From: Podarcis vaucheri
Taxonomy: Eukaryota
Length of the DNA stretch: 64,000 nucleotides
Strand: one strand, 5' to 3'
Assembly: GCA_965113315.1 (NCBI GenBank)
Contig: OZ220365.1
The position numbers were made by a program, and so were the translations under genes. The notes beneath the pieces were generated by a model. That model was not told the DNA's origin, did no database searches, and worked only from the letters and a program-made list of their open reading frames with translations. Below are positions 39,090 to 51,367 of the stretch, piece by piece; position 1 is the first letter of the stretch, and every line of letters begins with the position of its first letter.

Positions 39090-39900
39090 TGCACATCACG
39101 AGTCAACGCCGGGAGGAATCCAGCGGCGATTTGGCCGACGCCGGAGGGGCTTCCTTCCATTGGTTGCCTTAGGCAGCGGCATCCTCAGCCACCGCCTTTC
39201 CCCCCAGCAACCAATCAGCAGAAAGGCTTCTGCCCGCAGCAAAGATGGCCGAGGAGGAGGGCGGGGGAAGGAAAACAAACTCGTTCCATAGGCGCCGAGC
39301 CGCCGAATCATGATAGCGGCGGCACTTCCGCCCGGCTGCAAGTCACGTGCCTGCTGCTTGCCTTGCCTTTTCTGGCAGCTGACTTTGGTGGGAAGCCGCC
39401 GACAGCCGGGCTGGGTTCGTTTAGGGAGCCCTGGTTTCGCGTTTGCTTTTGCCCTGAAGGGGAGCATGCAGACCCCGGAACCCGAAGAGGCGGAGGAAGA
39501 AGAGGACCGTACCCCGCTCCTGCTGCGAGAAGCCCAGCCCATCGGCAAGGCGGGTGAGAGCAGCGGCAGGAGGGACCGCTTGCCCCCCAGCGCACACCTC
39601 CCGCCCTCTTTTTGTCTCCAGCAGCCAGTTCCTCTCGCTTTGAGGAGCTGTGGGGGGTTGGCGGGAGAGAGACATTTCTGTGGGGGTGCCTCCACCGTCT
39701 CCAGTATCCTGTGGAGAGGTGTCTTAACAGTCCCGGTCCTGTGCAGGTTTGCCAGTAGCTAGCAAACGCAGCATTATCCCCCTTTATTCGGAAGGAAGTC
39801 CTGACTTCCCAGGACTGCCGTCTGTCGCCATGAGTATCACCATCGACGACGGCGACCAGCTTCAGAGGGGTGGTCGGCGACAGCAAACGCGGGGAGAGGT
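39090..39900 (+). promoter_or_regulatory. SLC17A5 CpG-island promoter with two CCAAT boxes, a YY1-like site and a CLEAR-like E-box
   Basis: ATTGG 39159-63; CCAAT 39211-15; AAGATGGC 39242-49; GTCACGTG 39342-49. Confidence 0.75.
39466..39553 (+). CDS. SLC17A5: SLC17A5 (sialin) coding exon 1 (MQTPEPEEAEEEEDRTPLLLREAQPIGKA)
   Basis: Conserved lysosomal dileucine motif DRTPLL; donor G|gtgag, phase 1. Confidence 0.93.
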
Positions 39901-40292
39901 CTTGTGGCAGCGTGAAAGCTAACGGGTTTATTATACTTTCGTGGGCTACGTTGCATTTGGGTGAACAGTTGCCTTCACTTGCCAGCTACACACATGCATA
40001 CGCAGATGTCGAGGGAGAAACCTCAAAGTGTGGGTTCAAGAGTCTATGAAGTGTTAAGGCAATTTACAACCACACAGCAGTACTGTAGTAATAATACATA
40101 TATCTGACGGAGTAGCTCTAGTCACTGTGGGCAGCTTCCACAAAATATAAAAACAATGAAACATCAAGTTGTTTAACAACTTTTTTAAAAAAACAACAAC
40201 AACTACAAATAGTAGCCCAGAGCAGAGATCTTGAAATTACAGACTGATTGTTGTGAATGATTGGGCAGGCTTATCATGTGCAGTATACATTA

Positions 40293-40534
40293 CAGTGGTA
40301 CCTCTAGTTACGTACTTAATTTGGTTACATACTGCTCCTCCCTGAAGCTCCGTTCTTAACCTGAAACTGTTCTTAACCTGAAACACCACTTTAGCTAATG
40401 GGGCCTCCCGCTGCTGCTGCACCGCTGCCATGCGATTTCTGTTCTTATCCTGAAGCAAAGTTCTTAACCCGAGGTATTATTTCTGGGTTAGCAGAGTCTG
40501 TAACCTGAAGCGTATGTAACCTGAGGTACCACTG
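40293..40534. mobile_element. Same MITE family as 23261
   Basis: TIRs and TA TSD. Confidence 0.85.
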
Positions 40535-42933
40535 TAGTTGTCGTGAACTGTTGAGTCCACTGTTTACAATTTGCCCCCTTATTCCTTTTTGTGTGTACCA
40601 AATAAGGATAATGCTTAATGCATCTGATGCGAACATAAGAAGCTGCATTATATCATTTTGCCCAGTATTGTCTTCAAGGTTGTAGGTCTTCTCTTATCTG
40701 CTACTTGAGTTTTTAAGCTGGAGATGCCAGAGATTGAACTCAAGTCCTTCTGCAAGCATAGCTATTGACCCTCCCCTAAATGGGATCTAATCTACAAAAT
40801 TTATGCTCCATTAAATCTGTTACGATGCTGTAATAATTTCTCTCGGTTAAGCACATAACTGCTGCCTGGGGCATGTATGTAAAGTACACTGCCTAGGAAG
40901 TAGTGCAGTTGAAGTCAGTGGGTCTTCATTCTTAAGAAACATGTTTTAAATACAAGCGCTTGCATGTTATAGATTTCCCTTATAGAAGACACGTGCCTGC
41001 ACACGTGAGAAACTTTTCTTTAGGTATTGATGAACAGGATGGTCACACACAAGCATGTTATGACCCTACACATGTGTTTGGTTGTTGCTTCCTTATGTTT
41101 AAACCGTGCAGCAAAGCTCCACTGAATGGTGGTGAAAAAATATTTTTAATAAATAAATGGATTAAGCACCATCCACACATGTGCAATTGTTGCGTGTGAT
41201 GTCTTTCAGCATTGTTTTGTAAATAATGGTGTGGTCCCTGATTAGATAGTGTGCATGCTATCAATGCAGGAATTTTGTGCTCATTGACAGTAGAGCTTGC
41301 AAGACAAAAGGCAGTAAGTCTTGTTTTGTTTTACTAAGTTGTTGCTCTTATCAGAGCATCCTAGAGATCACTAGAAATAGAATGGTTTGGCCAGAAAACA
41401 AAATGTCTTGGCATATCAGTTAAGTGTTGTGTAGGGGCTAGTTTGGGACGCGGGTGGCGCGGTCAGGGGTCCCTTTACCTTATGGACTAGTTGCTATGGA
41501 GGATTGTTTACCTCTTATGCTGTATGACAAAACTGAGGGGAGTTTCAACTGTCAATTGTAATAAGGAATTAAAAGGAAAAAATTTAAAAAAATCAAGGCT
41601 AACACAAGCACCTTGCATGAGCCTAAGATACACTTTAAACTCCAGTGTGTATGTTTATATTGCTATGTGCATCATTTTCAGGTTTAACCATAGTAAATAA
41701 GGAAAAGAGAAGGGTTTGACTATTTGCAGAGCACTTAATTTACTGCAAATTGGAAAGCCAAAATTCTGTAACCCCAAAATGCCAAAATATACAATTTACT
41801 GTGAGTAGGGGGGAAATGCGGCCATGTAAACCATGCAAATACTTGGTCTGATCTATCATATTTTATTTAATTGATGCAAGTTATTCATTATCAGCAGAAG
41901 AAACTAAAATGCTACCATACTAGGTTGAATACTGTGACCCAATTACAAGACAGTGCAATAGCTGAGGTGACAAAGTGGTGTCTCAATGAATATGAGCAAA
42001 TATTTGGTAAGTGAAGAGGAAGAATGCTGCAAGTTGTTTTAGACTGAGGATAGTCCTATACATATCTCCTCAGAAGTAAGCCCCAGTGAACTCAATAGAA
42101 CTTACTTCTGAGTAGACGTGTATCAGATTGTGTTGTTACCCTGGGCACTAAAAGTCCATACTAAGCTCTCTTAATGAATTGGGGGGACGGGACTTTTCCA
42201 ATGATGTAAGCAACCCCTGAAAAGCTAGGACTGGTTTCTGATCCAAAGAAAAGGGGGAGGTAAACGCTTTGCAAAAAAGTTGTATAAACATTTTAACAGG
42301 CACTTCCAAGGGGGGGTGAGGAAGAGAGACCATAAGCTATGCAGATGCAAAGTATTGGGCAAGTCCTTATCTACATGGTTGCATTTCACTACAGGGCCAG
42401 TGTGTTATATCAGAGCAGGGGTTGGCAACTTAAGGGCCTTGGGCCACAAGCGGCCCACGGGAGTCGTTTAACCGGCCCCCGAGCCGCCCACTTGGCGAGT
42501 CCCCACACACTGCGCTAAACCGGCACAGCACGGCATGGGGACTTGCTTTCGCAGCACTGAAAATAACATCTGCACAGTAGTAAAGCAGCAAAATAGTTTG
42601 CAAAAATAATTAAATAATTAAATAATAAAACATCAGATTGTAATAAATGTTCTGTCTTCTATAATCTCTTTTGCATTTTGCTTGAAGAATATAATTAGTG
42701 GAGCTCATTCCCACCTCCTCCAGTGGTGTATTTAGCAAACTGTGTCTGCTTGGTTCCTTCCTACCAGCCCATGGCAGGAACAAAGCACAAACCTTGGTTT
42801 AGCGTTGCATACAAACTGGGGACCTTGGTTTGTTTTGCTCAAACCACTAAGCCAGGAACAAACTACCAAAACATGCAAATACTGCCGTTGTGTCTCTCCT
42901 GCTGGCCCAACTGAGCTCATGACTTATCCAAAC

Positions 42934-43185
42934 TCACCCAGTCCATTCTTTGAGGAGCCAGGATTGGCCCTGGAACCAAGCCGAAAGCTCTGTCCCATAG
43001 ATTAAACTTCCTCTTGGTGTTTATTCATTTCTGACCAGCAGTATTTATCCTGAAAAATCACCCAGTCCATTCTTTGAGGAGCCAGGATTGGCCCTGGAAC
43101 CAAGCCTAAAGCTCTGTCCCATAGATAAACTTCCTCTTGATGTTTATTCATTTCTGACCAGCAGTATTTATCCTGAAAAATCACC
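42934..43185. repeat. Tandem duplication, two ~124-bp units
   Basis: Units start at 42934 and 43058 and differ at about 3 positions. Confidence 0.95.
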
Positions 43186-45791
43186 TGGAACCTTAGCGCA
43201 AGTGCTGTTTGTATAGATCTATTTACATTGATTTGAAGAGAAGGACATGTTCCTAACGATAAAATTTAGAAAACAGTACATGCAGGTACGTGAACTAGCA
43301 TCTTGAGAGACAGTATACATCCAGTTACTAGATGCAAGAGAATGGCCATATCTAGGGCTGCTTTGTTTAATTTATTTATCTGTTTAAAATGTTTGATAAA
43401 CTGAAAATTAATTGGGCAGCAAAATTTAAATATATATTCTTTTCAATACAAATGCATATAAAATCTTGTTAAAAGAGGTATTCTTCCTTTTCTCACACAA
43501 GAGGGCTGGATGCTTCTTACAAGTTGATGCCTACTAGGAAATACATATGCATTCTTTTTTTACAAAAAAAGCCAAGCAAACAATGTTGCTTCAGAAATTC
43601 TGCAAAATTGAGTTGATTGATCATTTAACTAAAACTCGTATGATTTATTGATCAGGTTGCAACGTAGTTCCTAACCTGGCTTCCTGCCTTATTTCTGCGC
43701 TTCCAGAGACATCTGGATGGAAACAGAATGCTGGACTTTGATCCAATCAAACAAGATAGCTCTTAATCCCTTTCAGTCAGCTGCCTTTGTCCATTTCTAC
43801 TTGCCACTAGATGTTCACATTGGAAATCTTAAAATTGGTTTCCTTTTGCAATTGCGTGCACTTGTGGCATAAGTGTTATACAATTGCATAAAATATCCTT
43901 TAAAGAAACAACAACACCTAAACAAGACAGTCTGTTATTAGACAAGGAAACAGCACAGAAGAAAAAATGTAGCAAAGTGATAAGGAAGCTATCCGTATAA
44001 ATAAATAATTAAAAACCATTATTGTAAGGATCTGTGATCCCACCATATGTAGCTCAGTCACAGTGGTGTTCGTTTATCCTTCCATAAAACATGGGTTTAA
44101 AAAGGCAATTAAAAGCAAGATTACAGTCCTGTCCTTTCTGGCAATGGCTGATCATGTTGAAATTTAAGGTTGTGTGTTGCTCCCTGCCCAGCACAGCATT
44201 GTCAGTTTAACTTCCCCATGTTTGATAGGAAGTTGTCAGAGATCATGTCGAAGACCCAAATACTTGTCACAGTGTACATCCAGACGTGTTTGTTTTTTTT
44301 AATGGTGAGAGATTAAAGCAGCACACCTATTCCCACTCCCTCCAAAAACCAAGGTGGTTTTCTCAGCAGCAAGGGATTTCCTATTCTTCTCCCCTACTCT
44401 GCATCTGTACAGCCCTGTTTTCATTTGCTTGGGGGACAGGGAACAAGTAAAAGTTGGTTGAAAGTGGTGTTTTCTAAGTAGTAAACTTGCACTAACAGCT
44501 GAGAAAGGTAAATAAATGAATATGATGCTAAACATTCAATTCAAAAATACTGTGTGTATAGTTAAGTAAGAAATCGAATGGCGATGGCTGAAATACAGAA
44601 TTTGGCATTTAGTGTTTACATGGCAGTGGGGTTAGAGAGAGGCTATTGACTGAGAGCAGTGTGATGTGACGTGAATGGGAATAGGCGGGTTGCTGAGGGA
44701 AGCAGAGCTGCAGAACAGGATATTCCACATCTACCAGGCAGAGGTTGATCTGGAAGAAAGCCAGAAGTGGTTTGTGAAAGCAACAATAGCTTAAGGTGGT
44801 CTTGCAGAAAGGCAGAAGACTAAGGATGTTATTAACACCAGTGAAGGCTCCTTTGCTGTTTAACGTTGGGTACTAGAACAGCAAGATAATAAACTTGCCA
44901 TGCCACGTCTACTGTGCCTCATTTGCAGTAATAAATATTCAGGGCAACTTCCTCAAACTAAAAATGTTGCAGGAGTTTTCCGTTCAGATCATGGGAGCAT
45001 TTCAATGATCCAGCACAACAGTAACTAGGAAATTAGAGGGAAATGTCTTCGAAAACAAGGTTGGTTGTGAAAGAAGTAGCTCCCGGGGATGTTAATGGTA
45101 AGAATTTAATATTGTGCCTTGTGGACCTGAAGTTGTGTTGTGGCGTGTTATATTTTTTAAAAAAGATGTTTGGGGGGGGGGGAGAGAATCACACAATCTT
45201 TTCCATAGTATAATAATCATGCAGCAAAGCAAATATGAGTAATATTTTTTTTATATTTAAAGTGAGATTTTGGTGAACATGTTGTGGTTTATTTGCATTT
45301 CATGACTGAAAAGTATATGCTAAGACATGTGGACATAATACTGGGGTGTGAGTTTTGTTTCCCCTTTAGGGTTGGATTTGGGGGAGTGTGCACTCCTGAG
45401 TAGCTGCCAGAATGCACACTTTGCTTTACATGTTTGTATGTATGTTGTATCCATGAGTGAGCATGTATTGAGTGCACTTCTCCTCTTGTCATTTGCTTGA
45501 GCGTCTTACCCCACTATTTTTCTTCCTTTGTACTAGGGATATGGAAACTGTGGCCCTTTAGATGTTGTTGGCCATGTTGGCTGGGACTAATGGGAGTTGG
45601 AATCTAACAACAGCTGAGAATGGGGCACTGGTAGTCAATCCTCCTCCATATATAGTTTGCTCACCACAATTTATCAAAAAATATGGCATAATTACTTATG
45701 GCACGCCTTCAGGCCATACCTGCAAGCTTTTGGGGGTCAGTCATTTGAGATTCCTTAGCAGAGCTAAGAAACTATTGTGGGTAATGCACCA

Positions 45792-45873
45792 CTAAGTCAT
45801 ACTCAGAGTAGAGCCATAACTTTAGTAATTTATGGTCATTGATTTCAGTGGGTCTACTCTGAGTATGACTTAG
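45792..45873. repeat. Short hairpin / mini-MITE with perfect 21-bp inverted arms
   Basis: CTAAGTCATACTCAGAGTAGA ... TCTACTCTGAGTATGACTTAG. Confidence 0.85.
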
Positions 45874-46938
45874 AGGGATATCGTCTTCTGTTTCTCAGGC
45901 ACATTTTGTCATACCAGATGTGTCCAATAGCTTAGAGTTTCTTGGTAAAGGCTTGAAGTGCCTAATAAGGCTACATAAATAAATCAACCCTGTGATCTTA
46001 TGAAAGATTACATCCCTTTAGCAAACGGTTAAAGTTCATGTTTATTCTAACTGAAATAATTGAACAATACATAAACATACTCTCCTGCTTGTGAATTAAT
46101 AGATAAGCAATGATTATTGTAAATCAGCCTTTACCAAATTTGTGCCCTCCAGTTTTGGGGGGTTGATGGGAGTTAAAGTCTAAAATGGGTGGAGACCCTC
46201 GTGACGTGCAGGCCAGCCTTGGTCCACAAGGCCATTTCCCTGTCAGTGGCTGACATCTCCTGATGGGTGGTGTTCAAATTTGCTGGGGGCTGCTTCATCA
46301 GCACATCCCCTGCAGAGAACACACTGGTGAAGCAGACCCCTGCATAGAGCAAATTGGCCCATCAACTGGTGAGCAGAGTGTTTGATCTTGCTTGGTGCTG
46401 CTTCACCAACACTTACCTGGGGGAAATGCGCTGACCAAGCTGCCGTCCACCCAGGCCAAAATGTTTTCCCATCCCTGGGCTACAGTTTCAGGAGAGCACA
46501 TCCACACCATGGAGTCAATGGATCAATCCTACTTCTCAGTGAACTCTTGAGAATTGTAGTTCTGTGAGAGGGGATAGGAGTCTCGTAACAATTCCCAGCA
46601 CCTTTAACAAATTAGAGTTCCCAGGATTCTTTGGGCCAAACCATAATTGTTACAGTGGCATAAAACAACATACTGTAAATGTATAGTGTGGATGTGACCT
46701 GACAACTCAACATTTTGTGGCTACTGAATATTCTCAGTCCACGCTGTATGGTTTTGGTGGTGTGTCCCCCAATTAGTCCATTGTCTGCATTTTGGCTTAT
46801 GTGAGAATGAGTCTGGGGGCAAAGCCAAGACTTCTGGCCCTTCTGCCTTTGTTTCAGTTAAAGATAGTTGCTAGCCAGAGTTGTGGGGATTTTTTTTTTA
46901 CATTAACACTTTTTAATGTGCATCACTTTTTCTTTTAG

Positions 46939-47135
46939 CGCCAATATGCTGCTCTGCTCGCCTCAGCTTAGCGGTCTGGGCCTTCTTGGGATTCTTTCTC
47001 TTATATGCACTTCGTGTCAATTTAAGTGTTGCCCTGGTGGACATGGTAGAATCAAATACAAGCTTGACCAAAAATACTTCTTCAAATGTGTGCAAAGAAC
47101 ATTCTTCTACCCCAGTTGTTGCTCGTAACACTACG
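46939..47135 (+). CDS. SLC17A5: SLC17A5 exon 2 ([20 protein letters not shown]...[12 protein letters not shown]...ARNTT)
   Basis: CCSAR (human R39 site) and [15 protein letters not shown]; 197 nt; GT-AG. Confidence 0.97.
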
Positions 47136-48254
47136 GTAAGTTTTACCAGATCTACTTTTGATAATGTGAACTGTCTTAAAGGGTATGTCTATTAAATTAT
47201 TTTATCTTCAAGAGCTGGCGGAATGCCAGTATTGATGGGGGTGAATAAAGGGTTGTATCCAACTAAGTTCTACTTAGAGTAAACCAAATGGACAGTGTCC
47301 ACAATGAGCCCACTCTACTAATTTCAAAGAGTATGACGTAACAGTGGGCACAACCTAAATACTCTTGCAGTGTAATCTGAGGCATTTACTCAGAAGTAAA
47401 TCCAGGTGATTTTTAATAGGTCTTACTCCCAGTTAGGTAGGTATAGGATTTCAGCCTTACCTTGGACTAAGCCTCATTTGGTAAGACCCATTGAAATCAT
47501 ACTCCTACGTTCTGAATAAACATGCAAAGGATTATGCAGAACTTTAAATCAGCACCCCCTTGTGAAATTATCCAAGGGATCTTTAAAAGCAGTTATGCTC
47601 AGAGGACTATATCTTATCTCTCAGCATTCTTTTGCATGATCTGTGCCTTCAAATAGCCTTTGAAGTTCTTCCTATCACAGAGATTCTGCTCAGATGATGC
47701 CACTATTTTATCTGCATCACTCAATCTGAACTCTGACTCCTTACAAAGGGTTGGTATACATCTGGAATTTCCCGGAAATTGCTGGGATTTGGCCACTGGA
47801 ATCGGTGTGCGTCTGGGTGGGAATCGCTATAATGTCCAGGAAAATCCAGACATGTGGCAACCCTTGTCAGAAGTGTAGGCTTTGGTGAATTTTCTTGAAA
47901 ATAGCTTAAAAACATATTTGCCCCCCCCCCAAGGCTCAACCTTTGTGTCCAGAATTTCACTTTTCAAAATACGGCTACCCTACTTTACAGTAATTCTTGT
48001 AGGAGTGCGTTTGTTTAAGGCGAGTAACATTCAGTCCTCATCTTCCAACTCTACAGTGCTATGATTCTATGAAATCTCTTTATAGATTTTTGCTGCCTCC
48101 ATTCTGCCTCCAGAATCACACATACACAGCAGAATCACTCCCTTCCTGTGTGGTGTGGTGTGGTGTGGTGTGGTGTGATGTGATGGATGCTACTGTTCTG
48201 AAAATAAAAAGATAACACCCTGGAACCTAGGATAATGCCCTGACAACCCTAGAG

Positions 48255-48774
48255 CAGTGTTTCCCAACCGGTGTTCCGCGGCACACTAGTGTGCCGTGAG
48301 ACACCGGCTGGTGTGCCGTGGGAGGGAGGCGGGCGAGTCGGGCGGCGAGAGGCGGCGGCGGCGAGGATCCGCGTCGAGCCGGGGGCGGCTCCGCGGTGGT
48401 GGTGCCGAGCGGCGGGGCAGCGCGCGCAAAAGGGAGGAGCGCGAGACAGCGGAGGAGGAGGAGGCCGGCATGTCCGGGCAGCAGCAGCAACAGCAGCAGC
48501 AGCAACTCCCGGCGACGGCTCCTCCTCCGCCCGCTATCGCCGCCACCACCACAACAGCCGCCGCCGCCTCAGCTGCTGCCGTCCCTCAGTCCCTCGCTCT
48601 GCTGCCTCCTCCCACCCCGGCAAGGGGAAGGGAAAAAACGTTCACTTTTGTGCGTCCCTCCCGGCGTGACGCTGCGCGCTGACGTCACGGGGCGGGGCTT
48701 TAATGGTGGTGTGCCGCGAGATTTTTTTCCGGTAAACAGGTGTGCCGTTGCCCAAAAACGTTTGGGAAACACTG
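48255..48774. mobile_element. Non-autonomous hAT element of the same family with a different ~330 bp GC-rich cargo
   Basis: TIRs CAGTGTTTCCCAA / TTGGGAAACACTG; perfect 8-bp TSD CCCTAGAG; ~70 bp left and ~120 bp right ends shared with the 15255 element. Confidence 0.92.
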
Positions 48775-49437
48775 CCCTAGAGAACTGCTGTCAGCCAGTA
48801 TAGACGATAATGACCTAGATAGACCAATGGTTTGACTTGTCATAGGGCAGCTTCCAATGTTGTACATAGTACAGGCCAACCTGGACTCTACCACAAGAAT
48901 GTAAATGAGGTAAATTTGGGTGGTGTTTTTTAAAAAAACCTATTGTACAGCCTATAGTTGTTTAAAGTTTGTAAGTCTGTCAAGTGTGGTGGTTCATACA
49001 TTAAATAAAGAAAAGAAGAGGAGAAGGCTTTGAAATCAGTTGATATGTGATTATTTTTTATGACACTGTGACTGGGCTTTGCTTGCTTTAGGAGCCTGGT
49101 TGACAGAATGAAAACAATTAGCAGGATATTAACCAGCTATGTATATTTTAATGTCATTGATCTAAAAAAAAACCCCAACAATGTGGTCACTCTTTGGATG
49201 TACATAGGGAGTTCTTTCCATGCGTCCCATGAAAAATGAGCACGTAGTTCCCCATGTCCATGACGGGCATGTGGAAAATATAGTTTGTAAGCCACTCTGC
49301 AGTTAGCAATGTATGTCACTGATAGGTGTGCAGCGTTGCTGGATGGGAAGCATGCAGTCCTTTGTTGTATCTTCCTGTGATGCAAGTGGCGGGGTGGAAA
49401 CCAGACCTTCATGTCTTTTTCTCTCCCTCCCTTTCAG

Positions 49438-49671
49438 GGGAAAAAGTATCCATGGGATGCAAATACTCAAGGCTGGATCCTTGGTTCCTTCTTCTATGGC
49501 TACATCATTACACAGGTTCCTGGTGGATATCTTGCCCGCCAGTTTGGCGGAAAGAAGCTGTTGGGGTTTGGCATCCTGGGCACTGCCATTTTCACCTTGT
49601 TCACACCTTTGGCAGCAGATTTGGGAGTCGGGTACCTCATAGCTGTCAGAGCTTTGGAAGGCCTGGGTGAG
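49438..49671 (+). CDS. SLC17A5: SLC17A5 exon 3 ([33 protein letters not shown]...RALEGLGE)
   Basis: SLC17/ACS family motifs; 234 nt. Confidence 0.98.
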
Positions 49672-51279
49672 GTAATCTCTCCTTCTCCGCCCCCTTTAAT
49701 TGTTGTTGTTATTGTTGTTAAGAGTTTCAAAACAATTACTTTGTAAGTACATTAACAATCCCCTGTAATGTTGATAAATTACATTAGGTCAGCCTTTTCC
49801 AACTTGGCATCTTCCAGATGCTTCAGGTCTCCAACTCCAGTCAATCCTAGCTCTAGCCGGGCAATGCCCAGATGTGAATGGGCACCAAGGAAGGCACCAA
49901 GTTGGGATCAACAGCTCCACAGGGATCTGGTTGGGGACTTTGCAAATAGGGTGCTGGACTAGATGGGACCTTCGTCTGATCTAGCTGGGTTCTGCTCATG
50001 TTCTTAATAGCACTTTTCTCACTTGGGTTTTCCATTGCTGCCGCTTCAGTTATAGTTCCACTGGCTTCTTGCGTGCTCTTATATTTTTCCCCAGCAGATA
50101 GACATAGATGGGCATGAATCTGAGAATTGAGGGTTCCTTTTCTCCTTCCCAGTTTTCCTTACACCCACCTTACAATGAACATGTCTTCTATGACTTCATT
50201 GTGAGGACGAGCCTATTGTTAAGATCATAGAGCACCACATTAATGGGAAATGGTATATTAAGGGCTACGGGAGGAGCTGATATGAAAGGTATGTCGTTCC
50301 TCTGTGGCTGTGGAACTGATCAAATGGCATCTGCAGAGCTTGAATAGAGGGGAAGGAAGTAGGAAGTTGTGCCAGGATGGGCGGACCTGGCACTTAACTG
50401 AAATTTGTTATGTAAAATGTCTGCTGCATGCTTCCTTAAACAGTTGTGCATAAGCTGGGTTAAAAATAAATAAATCTTTGGGCATTCCAAATTTTGCACC
50501 AAAAACCTGAATCCTGCAACTGTATAAATTATGCAAGTTGAGCAGTTTCCCCTAATTTCTCTGACTATACATAATTTACTCTGCGATTTTTGTTGTTTTT
50601 ATTTCTGCCCCATCATTGTGAGAGGCAAAGAACTTCCTAGGACAGCTTCGTTAAAAAGGGAGGAAATGCGGAAAAGAATATTTTCCGGAAGCTGAATTCT
50701 CCACCCATTGCCACATTCTGTGCTCTTGCAGAATTGCAACATAAATCCAGCCCTTCCCTTAGCTCCCTGGGTTTAATATGATGCTTTAATATGCTTGTGA
50801 CCTCTTTGAAACTTAATTGTTCATGAACATTTTTATTCAAAGTTCACATAGTTTTGATTAGATTTCTGGTTTAATTTAGGGGAGTCTGGTTGTTGTTTCT
50901 TAACCTGGTCTGTCTGCAGAATGAGGTCTCTTCCCTGCCATGCTGCCCGACCTCCTATGCATGTTGGCATTTAATAATCCAAACTGAGGGAAAACCACCA
51001 CTTCAAATTATTTGTGCTGCTGTTTCTATGCAGAAACCAAAAGTTCAGCATAATTGTTATGTCCACAAAGCATATTCAGCTGAAGAATTGAGGCAGGCAA
51101 GGAATTAGTTCTGCTTAATTGCCCAGGAGCTATGTGTGTTTTGTTCAGAAAATAGCTTCGTACTAAGGCAACTGGTACTTTCTCCAGGCTGCGTTGGAGA
51201 TGTTTTATTGAAGTGAATTTTGGCCAAGTCATTTTACTCTTGAAAGATATGTTGTACTACAAACAAATGTGTTTTCCAG

Positions 51280-51367
51280 GGTGTCACCTTTCCTGCCATG
51301 CATGCCATGTGGTCCTGTTGGGCTCCTCCACTGGAACGCAGTAAACTTCTTAGTATTTCATATGCAG
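51280..51367 (+). CDS. SLC17A5: SLC17A5 exon 4 ([29 protein letters not shown])
   Basis: WAPPLERS motif; 88 nt. Confidence 0.98.

Noticed and set aside
39096-39886. 199-aa and 192-aa minus-strand ORFs
   Set aside because: Antisense to SLC17A5 exon 1 within a CpG island; no protein similarity recognised
42934-43185. Possible CRISPR-like repeat array
   Set aside because: Only two contiguous long units, no spacers, eukaryotic context
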